64,000 bases of DNA from Haplodiscus bocki (Eukaryota). Positions 39,290 to 50,110 of this stretch are shown here, piece after piece; position 1 is the first letter of the stretch, and every line of letters starts with the position of its first letter. The stretch covers positions 106,082,001-106,146,000 of the forward strand of contig OZ296649.1 in the NCBI GenBank assembly GCA_965655095.1. The letters run 5' to 3'. The notes below the pieces were generated by a model, which saw only the letters and a program-made list of their open reading frames with translations, was not told the origin of the DNA and ran no database searches. The position numbers and the translations under genes were made by a program.

Positions 39290-42200
39290 CTACTTAAAGA
39301 AACCGAACGGTGAGGAGCTGCCTGAGTTGACATCAAAAACTCGTTTGTTGTTGGTCACATGAGCTTTTTTCTGGCAATATCTCGTTTTTACTTCACCAGT
39401 TTTCACACAACAACCCAAACTCGTGAAGGGGCTGTGCTGTTCATGAGTTTCGCCGAAAATTAGTTATTCAAAAGTTTCTGGGTTGAAAGTCTTCTCTGTT
39501 GCTCTATTCACCGTCACTCCTTTCACTTTGAAGACGTGACATTCCAGTCTAGATTTTACATTGTGACCTGAGAGACACTAAAATTTCGGTCCCGCAATCC
39601 AAAATTAGTCAAAAAGTACATCATTTCGGAGTTCATCGGTCATCTCACCGAGACGGCTACCAATCGGAAGAGCCGGGAGTTCGCACTTCTCTTTCTGGTG
39701 AACATACATAATACTGTCAGTATCGCAGTAGAGTACAAATTTCGAATTTTTCACTAGTTGCATATTGTTGAGCAGGATGATCCTGGCATGTGATGTCGTG
39801 AAAGCAGCCAGTAGGAAATTGGTTTTTCTTGGCGCATCGGCAGCATCGTCTATGAGCTGATACTGTAAAAGCATGAGGTCATCGCCAACTAGAGCTGCAT
39901 CTGTAACACGTTTCGTTCTCGACATAAAGAAGTCCACAACTTCACAATAGTTGTTGACATATCTAGTTTACGGCATGTTATCTCGCATTCCGAGATAGCC
40001 CCAAAAGCTGTTGACTAAGATTGATTTTTGCAATAAACCGCAGCCCTTCAATTCTTGAAACTTTGAGAGGGTCTAGAATGATCCCCTCTTTCTTCTGGAG
40101 ATCTTTCAAATAAGCAAGTCTGTGGCTATATAAATTTTCGAGTTCAGTCTCCTTGTCTTGTGGGCAGCTGCAAATTGACTGTGGCGAACCGGAGGCCTCC
40201 ATTTTGATTTTCAAGAACTTGTTTTTGTAGTTTCCGAACAGAAACGCTGATCTTTTGCTCCTTCACCAGTTCCAAGTCTCTGCGACATTGACGATACGAT
40301 ATCCATTCTCCAAGGCAAACTTTATTTCTGGAGTTGTGAAAGTACCCAAAAAGCATCTATCCTCCACCTGGGAGTGTATACATTTGTTTGATGTCATCTG
40401 TATACTACGATTAACCACTGTGCTGCTTCTTTCTTCGACGTATCGACGACACAATGGCAAGAAGAGCTTGGATTGAAATTTGAATGGGAGTACAGGTAAA
40501 CGTTAATCCGGGGGTGTTAACACTTCACTTTTATTTAGACCAAACACCTTTTTTTAACAGTTGGCATTCAACAAACGTAAAATGAACTTCAGAGAAATGA
40601 CGCTGAAAACATCAGTTCACCATGCAGTTTTGTTTGTCTAGCATGAGGAAAGGAAAGCGGTACTTTGAGCAAAAGTTCTTCTCGGTTCGAGAATCTAAAA
40701 TCAATTGGACCTATTCCATTGTTGCCAGGAGAAGACAAACTTGCTTGAAAAAGCTTTGCTGTGGCACTCTTGTCCGATTTATTGCTGTACTGATTTTGCG
40801 ACTATGTAGCAACTAGTATCAAGTCAGGATGGCCCAGAAGATAGAGACCGCGCGTTCACGTAAGGATACAAAGAACAAAAATCCACATAATTAAATTCTT
40901 GAGACTCCACTTTTCGGGACCAGTGCATTGCAAAGTTTTCCGTTCGCCCACCAACAAACGCTTCCCGCGGTTGGAAAGGACTGTAGCGTTTAACATCCAG
41001 AGCATTGTTCTGATTTTCTGCAACATTTTTGGCTCGATACAAATCGTTTTCTTCCAAGTAAACCACCACATGGAAATTGGTATCCGTGAACGTTGTGGTC
41101 GCTTCTGCATCGTTTCTAGACTTCGCTTTCAGGCCTTCTACTAAGGTACCAGGCAAGTAGTTTTCCATAAAGTCACGCTGGCACCCGTTTGCTTGTGACT
41201 CAATATTACTCAACTCAAGAAGTCGGTTAAATTAGCACTCCCAGTTGTAAAAAACGTCACCAACAGTAAACTTCAAGTTGCCAGCTGCAGTGAAAACGTT
41301 TTGATCGGTGATCTGCATTGTGAATCAATTCAGTCTATCCAACACAGTAGTTGCACATAAATCAGGCACTGTGATACCACTGCGTTTTTTATTGATCTCG
41401 CTACGGTCAGGATAACAAGATGGATAGCCGTGAAAGTAACATCCAAAAAACACCAAAACCTTAGAGTGGTAAACTTTGGGGGGTAACTTCGACTGCGAGC
41501 TGGAAATAGAAGAGTTTGCATAGCATGTTTTATAGATTAGAAGTCCGTAAACTTTGAATGAGCCCAGCGTTTGTTCTCTTCCTCTTCCTTCTTTCAGACT
41601 GCCCCCGGATATGTAGAGACGTATCTCGATTTCGTCCCCCCCATTTTTCGCTAATCCTATCGCGAGCAGTTTGCTCAATCCAGAAAAGCCACACAGCTGC
41701 GGGAAAAGAAGTTAACTCTACGCCGGTGTATCCATTATGAGGCAGTATAGCAAAGGAATCTTTCGGCATAAACAACTGCCGGTATATAAAATTGCGAGCT
41801 GATGCAGGAGTGCAGGCCACTTCAAAGGGATCAATGCCGATGCAAACTGATTGAATTAAAGGACGACATTCCATAAAACCTTCCTTCAACAGCTTTACAT
41901 CGGATATACAATAGCTAATAAGCTCTGCCTCGAAGATATAGGTCAACACGTTTTGTTTGTAAAATTTACATTGCTCTGTGTGCCAACCCAGAAATTCTAT
42001 ACTGTTCTGCCGTCCTTTCATTGAATTGATTGCAAAAAGGCAAGCTGGGGGAAACTGCCTTTCTTTGAATGCGAATTCTTGAGACTCTCTGCTTGACCAA
42101 TGTTTACTTGGAAGTCGAACGAAAGGAAACGGATTGGCTCCCGATTGCGTTACAAGAGTACAATCGGTAGAAATTATTTGCCTTTTACTGCAATGCGGTC

Positions 42201-43460
42201 CTTTGTCAAAGCTCCGGAAGTTGTGTATTTCAGTGCCAGCAGTTGGAGAAAGCGCCTCCTTTGATGTTAGAAAATGTGGAAAATATCCGTTTGTTGTTTC
42301 TTTGAGATTAAAGGTACTGGTGAACTTCGATATTGAGATTGGGATGAAAAGGTACGAGTCGATGAATCTTTAGTTTCCAACTCGCATTGACGCTACTTTA
42401 TTTCCCCGCAAAAAAAATGTTGATATGTACTTCTGTTGTCTGTATAATTACTCTAAAATTGGTGTAAAAAGTCAAAACCGCTTCCAAAGTGAGCAAAAAA
42501 CAATTCGGTTTTTCGTACACGCTCTGTGCCGGAATACATATAACCACAAAACTTGCTTATACAATGGTAGCCTAAATAAATTTTGTTCCTCACCTACCAA
42601 ATGATTCGGTAGCCAGTAGGATCGGCTTATGCAGGCCTTCATTACCACAACTTTGGTCTGTCTCGATAACAAAAACCCAAATAATGTCATCTGACAGTTT
42701 CTGGCCAGCTGAAGTTCAACTCCTCACAATGTTCTTTCCCATATCTTCGGGCCCATCTTTGTCGATTTGTGGTCGTTTTGCGGCTTTCAGATCCATCCTT
42801 CCCTGGTATGCTGGTTCGCACCCCATTAATCCATCGCCAAGGTTTTGGCTATGGACATCGTGAAAGGCTCGACTGTTCACTGAGGCCGCTTTGTTGTGAT
42901 GGATGGGTTTTTGTATGAAGCATTGGTGCTCTGCCAAGTTGTGGGAGTTTCCCTTGCGATCTGCAATGTGATAATACACCGCATAGACAGTGCATCGCTT
43001 CTTTGAGCAAATATGGTTTGAAAGAGCTCTCTTGGCAACCACGTTGTTACAAGAAGGAAACAGTGTATGAAGATGACATATACCAGAGCTCACATGGCAA
43101 GTATACCAAGGCACATATACCTAGTTTCTATCAGCATCTATCGCCTTGAAATTGCAATGGTTTGCCCTGGAAGCTGCTTTGAGAGGAGCTTAGTGTTGTA
43201 ATATTCATGGGTGAAAGATTAATGAATCCAGTTCGATTGAGGTAACCAGGTTGTCTGCAAAACACACAGCCACTCGCAGCACAGTGTTCAACAGTGGAGA
43301 AAGCCTCGTGGCAACTGTAACAGAAGTGACGAGCATCAGACAGACCTTTAATTGATGTTACCACATCCACATGGCAATTTTTGGCGCCATAAAGTCGATG
43401 TGTTGTACTGCGTTTGGGTTGTAACATTTCGGAAAGGCCGCATAAAGTTGCTGTCATAAG
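39290..43460 (-). pseudogene. polB: Protein-primed family B DNA polymerase (pPolB), many frameshifts
   Basis: N-terminal HVDVVTSIKGL..FCYSC. Exonuclease: FIDSYLFIPISISKF..GYFPHF and ELISYCISDV. VSR-like insert FFGCYFHG..CYP..NWEC. Polymerase: PREAFVGGRT, YVDFCSLYPYVN, LRFIAK.., LAAFTTSHAR, VLYCDTDSIMY, LGEMTDEL. Ends approximate. Confidence 0.95.
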
Positions 43461-43830
43461 CCGGGATACTCTATTCCCCCTCTTCCTCCTCCACATGTAA
43501 CCCCATTATTGAGTGCAATTTCTTTTGCTCTTGCAAATTCTTGAGGATAGTGGACATTTATCCCCGAAGCGACAGTGGCGGACTTGTCACCAAACTCCAG
43601 AAGCGTTGCAAAACAAGTCAATTCTTCCCGTTTGAAGAAAAATGGCTCTGACGGTACCAATGACCGGTTTCAGCGTCCGGTTTGAAGAGCCGTAGATCAA
43701 TATAAGTTGAGGAATTCCCGTAAGTCTTTACACCCGCTCGAACCCAACGATTGTGAGTCTTTTTAATAACCGACCACTTATCATGGCTCGTTTCGTTAGC
43801 ATTGGGCGTTATTCTCCATGCGGATGTCAA
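43454..43830 (-). pseudogene. PC4/Sub1-like ssDNA-binding protein, frameshifted at ~43655
   Basis: NRWVRAGVKTYGNSSTYIDLRLFKPDAETGHW/VPSEPFFFKREELTCF resembles the PC4 core R.V.V..F.G..YIDIR.......G...P...ISL..E.W. Confidence 0.55.
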
Positions 43831-44227
43831 CGATCGTTTACCATCGTAGCCGGGAACACTTTATGTCACGCTTCTGTTGGGACTTTTCGCGAATTACACT
43901 ATTCAACCAGCCCATGTTCATGTTACACAGTAACAGACACACTTTTCTGAAACGAAGGAAACATTTTACAAAATTAATTCAAGCAACAAATTTTTTTGCT
44001 TCCTTCATAAACATATATTGCTTTAAGCAGACCAATGTGTGGAGTAAAAAAACTTTGTTTTTTCCTTGACAACAATCAGCAAACATAATCAGAGGTTCTG
44101 TTGGGTTGCAAGGAAAATCAGACTTTATAGGGCAACTGGATGCTTTTTTTACATGTCATATATTAAAAAAATGTTAAAGTAAATCGGTTGACTTTTCACA
44201 AAAATTCTGTCGGCTCCCTCTTGAGCT

Positions 44228-45305
44228 TCAAGGCGTCTGCGAGAGACTTTCGCGTGGTCGAACGAGGATCAGACTCCCTGTCATTCTCTGCCTCTTGGTC
44301 ACAAGGTGAGAAGAAGAATTGTCCATTAGTTTCTTTGTGAATTGGTCGGGCCACTGCGATCCGAAAATATCTTCTGCTCGATCATAGTACATGTTCAGCA
44401 AATACTGTGGACAAAGATCGTTCAATTTCCTTGGACGGTTGAAGACCTCGACAAGCATCAAAGCCTAGGTTGACCAAGCGAAATCGACACGAAATTGGTA
44501 AGGCTCGTTACGTTTGATGAAAACTTTCTTCGGTAACACGTTGTTGTTCAGTCCAAAACGCAGGCAGATGGCGTCAAAGTTCACAAACAAAAGGAGTTCC
44601 AGAAATTCATCATCATTGCTGCTACTTAGCCATGTATTTTCGATGCTGTCCATATAGTCATCGGCAGTGAAAATTAGGGCTTCATCTTCTAGCATGACAT
44701 TCTCACTCACGTCCCAAAAATAACGGAGGGGGTTCATGCCTGACACATTGGGTGTCAAACCTTGCAGACCAAAAGAAGACTTTGATTCGCCCATTGCAAT
44801 GGAGGGAAAGTCAGAAGGTTTCACGGCGATTCTGAAAGCTCCAACTCCTCGTTTCTGATCTGCGGTTGTTATAATCGAGCTTGACACGCAAGTCGAGTCG
44901 CATATTTCATCATACTCGTCCTCCTCAGATTTTTCATCCGACGTGGGAAGAAAATGTTGACGAAACGCGTCGTAGTCCATTCCGACAACTTTTTGGAACG
45001 ATCTTTCGAAGTAGTTGTCCATGGCTTCATAAGATCGCCATTGATGCGTTTCGGTGGCTACATTGGGGCCGACAAAAATTTTGATAGAGTTTCTCCTTTC
45101 CTGCCGGCAAGAGTTCCTCTTGGTGTATACTTGCGTCCTTGCCTTCGATAACACAACCAAGAAACTCATTGGTTCCACTCTCTCTGTAAGGTATTACTAT
45201 GACACGGTGGCGACGCGAGATGAGCCCCCGCTTGTAGTGGTCGAAAAGGAATTGATCTGCGTCTCGTTGCTTGCGGAATTGGACAATCTGGAAATAAAAA
45301 TTCAT
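44228..45305 (-). CDS. Polinton orphan protein (237-aa core 44465..45178; probably continuous with 45027..45305 and 44228..44461)
   Basis: Longest uninterrupted ORF in the element. 44228..44461 follows in the same frame after a single TAG. Confidence 0.5.
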
Positions 45306-45346
45306 TGCAATCTACTCTCCACGTGCCACTAGTTTAGATGGAGCCC

Positions 45347-45690
45347 CAACCACACAAAAATGGCCGTTGCTTCGCGAAAAAGCAGTCAAAAAGCACATTT
45401 TGCCACGCTAATCAAGTCTGCAAAAAAGTTCGCGCAGCGCGAACGTTTTTCATCCTAGCCATTCTGCACAATACCCGTCTTTCACGGCGTCACAACCACT
45501 CAAAAATGGCCGTTGCCTGGCCAAAAACAGTCAAAAAGCACATTTTGCAAGGTTAATTTAGGCTGCGAAAAAGTTCGCGCGACGCGAACTTTGTTCATCC
45601 TAGCCATTTTGCATGTTACACGTCTTTTACGGCGTCCCAACCAGAAAAAAATGGTCATTGGTTGCTTGGCCAAAAACAGTCAAAAAACTA
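45347..45690. repeat. ~145-bp tandem repeat (about 2.3 units) with palindromic cores
   Basis: The unit CAACCA..AAAAATGGCCGTTGC..CAGTCAAAA(A)GCACATTTTGC repeats. Hairpins: GTTCGCGC-A-GCGCGAAC (45428-45444) and AAAGTTCGCG-CGA-CGCGAACTTT (45570-45592). Confidence 0.85.
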
Positions 45691-46515
45691 ATTTTTACTT
45701 GCTAGAACGTCATTACTTTTTCGGTATAGATATTTTAAAAAGTTTACTCTTTTACAAACACGGAAGCGCTCTCACACCAAAACCACATTTTTTTCAACTT
45801 TTTTACAAAAAACGATTCAAGCAGTGAAACATACCACGGCCATTGATGCCACATTGAGATCCTCCTAGTAAAAATCTTTGTAAGGCGGAGGAGGGAAAAA
45901 AATAGGCGTTGCTAACAGAGGCGAGGATGAGGAAGCGTCCACAATTCTATAACAAAAAATAATTGTCAGTTTTTTAGGTAAATAAACCGAAAATTTGAAC
46001 TTTGAGTGAAACACGGAACCTACATCTCGAGGTTGTCTTGGGCGCTTGGGGTTGGTTTGTTGCAGTTGTTGATGTTTGTTGTTGATTGCTGACATGCTGT
46101 AACAAAAAAATTACTAAGACTTATGTTCATTTTGTTAATCTACTTTGAATTTTTTCAAAACTACTCAAATTTTTGAGATCAGATTGTTTTATTTTGTCGC
46201 TGTAGCGTTGTAATGTGAGCGGCAGCAAGTTGTTTAGACACAATGGATAGTGAAAAGTATGGCGGTGATGAAATTTTGCTGCTATTCAATTGGCCTTGAG
46301 AGCGCTGAAATTTAGAGCTAAGCAGTTTGCAAATGGAGCTCGCGGTGAAGAAAATCGTGTAAGCACGGATCAATTCGCGCTGACAAAAAATACACGCGCG
46401 AATAACTACGCGCTGGTGAAATTTTCACGGCGCGAGTAATTGCTAATAGCGGTTGTTGAAAAAAAGGCTGCTTAAAAACACAGCACACAATGGGAGTGTA
46501 ATGAAATGAATGTTG

Positions 46516-46597
46516 TTTGTATATATAGGCTGTTTTTAAATTGGTGGGAATTGTTGAATGTGATTTTCAGGTGGTTTATTTGCGGTATCTTTCTTCT
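46516..46597 (-). repeat. Polinton right terminal inverted repeat
   Basis: ...AGGTGGTTTATTTGCGGTATCTTTCTTCT followed by the TSD CTAACG. Confidence 0.95.
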
Positions 46598-46603
46598 CTA
46601 ACG

Positions 46604-46978
46604 AACACAGTCATACACTTTACGAGCTCCATCTGTCAAACGGGTACAACTGAGACTTACACGGTGAGGTAGTCCAGATAATATCTTCAAATCATCATCT
46701 CCAAGTTTGTCCACTGATGAATGTGTTACATTTGGATAACTCAAAAGAGTTTAAAATGTAAACATTAATATACCAGTAATTCAATTTTTCAACAGGAAAA
46801 CACATCCTTTCCGTGGAATCGAAACGCCGCTTCAACTCAGAGCAGTGAAAACCCTTGAATAAAGAACTTTCTTCATAATCTGTGCAATAATCTGCCGGAG
46901 TAAACGTTATTGAACGTAGTTTGGGTAGCTTGGAAACAAAATCTTGCGCATCCTTCCAAGATTCAAGACTACCAGCAA
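46604..46978 (-). pseudogene. F-box family copy B, 5' part of exon 3 (right of the Polinton)
   Basis: Acceptor TTTGTTTCAG at 46980-46979, phase 1. Reads DAQDFVSKLPKLRSI..VTHSSVDKLGDDDLKILSGLP versus copy A DVEDFLRKLPKLQSI..VTHVSFNKLDPDDLHILSGLP. Confidence 0.85.
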
Positions 46979-47746
46979 CTGAAACAAACTCATTTTATGC
47001 ATGAACAACAAAAAGCTGGCAAACCAAAGGCTCTTCAAAGTATGCTTCCATTGAGTTCGCAATAATATACGAAAACCAATAGTTGGCACAAGCATAACAA
47101 ACCGCCAAAGAAGGAACGCCTCAAGTCAGCGCCGCCCTTGAGGTTCATAATGTTTTTAAGATGGGGGTCTTCGACATTTAGAATTTTTGCAAAATTGAAG
47201 TTGCAATAGTTTCGGTATACTCAAAGTAATTGTAATAAAAAATATCACGTATGAGCCAAAAAGATCGCCAGGAGGCCCCTTCACTTATTTTATAATGCGG
47301 TTCCTATTAATAGGCAGGGTTATATTACGAGGGAGGGTCCGAGTGAAAGTTACAGACACTTGAGGAGAGGGGGTTTCTAATAAGGAGGAGGTCCGAAAAC
47401 CTTCAGATTCGTCAGCTTTATTAGTCGCAAATTTGGAATTTGATTGTGATTCCACCAACATTTGTATCCGTTTAGGTCGGCAAAGCGCAGCCTTCGTGAG
47501 TCGCAGATTAAGCAAAGAGAGCAATTATGTAGACACGGCAAAACGAATTTTGCATATTAAGCAAGTTCAAAAATCGATACACCGGGGGATTAAAACTGGA
47601 GAGAAGATGGTTGCCAATTTTGAGGCCCAGACAGCACGATGGGGGTGACACTCGTTTTAGGAACCGCGGAATATTCTGTCTAAACTGCTATTTTTTCGTT
47701 TGCGTGGAATTGAATGTACGTTAGTTAATCTGAAAGCTGTTTTTAC

Positions 47747-48146
47747 CACTAAGTTCAGAGAAATCGATAATCAATTCCTCCAATTTGAACCATACCAAAA
47801 TTTTCAGAATTGCAGGGTCAATTTGACTTTTGGCCGCTGGATGGCTCTTCGTTATGACAAGTTTTAACTTTTTAATTCTCCAATTAACTTGTTCTAAAAA
47901 TTTTGAATACACTTCCATCTTATGCTCCTGTACTTCATCTTCACGTTCTGATATATCCAAAAACATAATTCCACACTCCAAATGGCCAGGAACGTGGCTT
48001 TGAAAAACGAAATTTCTCAAGTATGTGCAATTTTGCGCTAAATTCATCAAGTTTTTGTTGCGTCTATTGCTGGGTTCATTGCAGCAGAGATAGAAGATGA
48101 TCTTCTCTAGAACGCTTTCTGGCAAATCCAATAAATTTTGCGCACT
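47747..48146 (-). pseudogene. F-box family copy B, exon 2 (F-box)
   Basis: LLDLPESVLEKIIFYL..LMNLAQNCTYLRNFV F-box motif. Acceptor TTTCAG at 48148-48147; donor G|GTAAA at 47746, same phase as copy A. Confidence 0.85.
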
Positions 48147-48522
48147 CTGAAACAAGCATAGAGCATCTCATTTCGTTTCGATTGAATGAGGCACTGGGCT
48201 AACAAAGAAATTGATGTCTTAGTTGGTATCACTGCTAACCAGAGCCTTGAAAAATTAAGTACGGCATGTATGTCGAAAATGGCTCCAATAAAAATCTGTC
48301 TGAACGACGCCATCATTAAACTCCAGTTGATAAATTGCCGAAAATCACAGAATCATTTTTTATTACAACCCAGAATTCAGTTAAAAATTGAATTCTGAGC
48401 GATGAAAAAAAGTGTACTCTTATCGGCAAACGAATCCCTGAACAGTTTTTTGGAAAATTTCTGCCACTAGACAGTTACAGAAAGGTAGATCATTCAAGTT
48501 ACGGCTGTTTGTATCAATCATA

Positions 48523-48915
48523 CTTATTTGACTCCACATTTCCTGTACTGCAATTTTCTGCCTCTGGAGCCATGTCAGTTACGGCCGTTTCCTTTTTATC
48601 GTTAAAAACAGGCACAAACTGTTTAGCAAATTCACAAGGATCACTGCACATCGGAGGTGCCGGTTTTGGAAGGTCGTAGAACTTCGTCAGCCAACCATTC
48701 TTTGATAATATTCAGACTCCTTCGATTTTCGATAAGAAGTATTCGCCATTCGGATCAACGAAATGAGCTTCTGAATCAGTACCGTCTGAATCAGCCAATT
48801 CATCTGCATCGATATCGTCTGAATGAACCAATTCATCTGCATCGGTATCGTCTGAATCGGCCAAATCATCGTCCAAACGGGACGTATCCTTCTCTTCGAC
48901 AGCAAACTTGTTCAT
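48523..48915 (-). pseudogene. F-box family copy B, exon 1 (acidic; in-frame TGA at 48714-48712)
   Basis: Asp-rich N-terminus. Past the stop the frame continues GWLTKFYDLPKPAPPMCSDPCEFAKQFVPV. The donor near 48523 is uncertain. Confidence 0.75.
48783..48872. repeat. 33-bp coding tandem repeat (~2.7 units; SDDxDADELxx)
   Basis: CGTCTGAAT starts at 48783, 48816 and 48849. Confidence 0.85.
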
Positions 48916-49229
48916 TTATTTTATCTAAAGATATTGAAAAGTTCTACTTTCTTTTCTATCACACGATCACGAGAAAAGTTTTCAATCGTGTGATAAAAAA
49001 GGAAATAGAAAACTTTCCTGAAATTGGAGAAAAAATAGAAATCGTGGAGATTTTAAAAAAACGGTAGGTAGAAGTTGTGTACTTCTCAAATTAAATTAAA
49101 ATATAAAACTTTTCGAAATAAAATTGTGAATTGCCAAAATTTCATTTTGCGAACAGAGGAAAACGTTATGATTAATTCCCAAACAATGAGATTTCAGCTA
49201 GCGACGAAGAAGTGAGATATAAGTGCATC

Positions 49230-50110
49230 AAAGTTATAAGCCACCAAAAGAAAACATAGGCGTCAAGGATCCTTGGCATTCAGCACTAGGAACTTTGAAT
49301 AGTAAAAAAATAGACTAGAGGGAACTTAGAAAAAATAGCTGACAAAACAATTGAACACAGAAGTGAAGCAAAAATTTGGAACACATCCTACCTTGTCAGT
49401 TGGTATCAACGACAAAGTTGACAGATTGAAAGTCCTGACAGACATTTGAACCTTGATCGGATATACATGATTGACACTTTTAGAAATACTACACAATCTG
49501 TAAATGAAAACTTTGTTCCAAACAGTCCAACTGAGACCATTACCTCTCAGGGTCTAATAGTCAGAAAAGAGACCGGTCAATCATGTGTTTCATGAGTCGT
49601 CATTTTGCAGTCTATTTTTTAGAAGATTTACACAGTAAACTACACAAAAATAAACAATACTAAGTGTCCCAAAAAACGTTACGAGTAAAGAAACTGTTTC
49701 GGTCTCGAAATGGTTAATACTAGTCAACGAGACGTCAAAACAGTTCAAAAAATTCTTATCTCAATTGTCAATCATGAGGACTTGAGACTCCTGATAAAAA
49801 CATCAACAAATAAGCGAAAACGAATTTCGCAACACATTCTGACTTGTAAGTAGAGATCAAAAACAAAAATTACACATCAAAGGTTCAGAGACATTTGAAA
49901 AGATAATCGGAGATAAGACTGACACTTGTAGGATTACACGGGCTATCAATTGATAGTTTGTTCGAAAAAGTCGATCGCAACCTAATAACTGCCACAGTGC
50001 CTTACACTAACATTTAATCTGTCAATCATGCATTTTGAGGTTTTGCCATTTTGCAGCCCAATGTTTAAGATTTGCACAGTGAACAACCCAGAAATGAATA
50101 TTCCACCAAA
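49230..50110. repeat. Diverged ~450-bp direct duplication
   Basis: AGACATTTGAA..TCGGA..TGACACTT at ~49440/49889 and CATTTTGCAG..AAGATTT.CACAGT at 49601/50047. Confidence 0.5.

Larger units (their letters stand above)
27831..46597 (-). mobile_element. Full-length, inactivated Polinton/Maverick (adintovirus-like endogenous virus)
   Basis: TIRs, 5'-AG...CT-3' ends, a 6-bp TSD CTAACG (27825-27830 and 46598-46603), length 18.8 kb, and the core gene set pPolB, INT, ATPase, PRO, MCP, mCP. Confidence 0.97.

Noticed and set aside
27979-45332. Plus-strand ORFs inside the Polinton
   Set aside because: Short, motif-free and antisense to recognisable minus-strand genes.
45347-45690. CRISPR array from palindromic repeats
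   Set aside because: The sequence between the palindromes is also repeated, and there are only two full units.
27831-46597. Active virus, or programmed frameshifting / alternative genetic code
   Set aside because: Stops of different types, scattered indels and loss of catalytic residues in the protease and integrase indicate neutral decay. Sequencing error is unlikely because the nearby copy A gene is intact.
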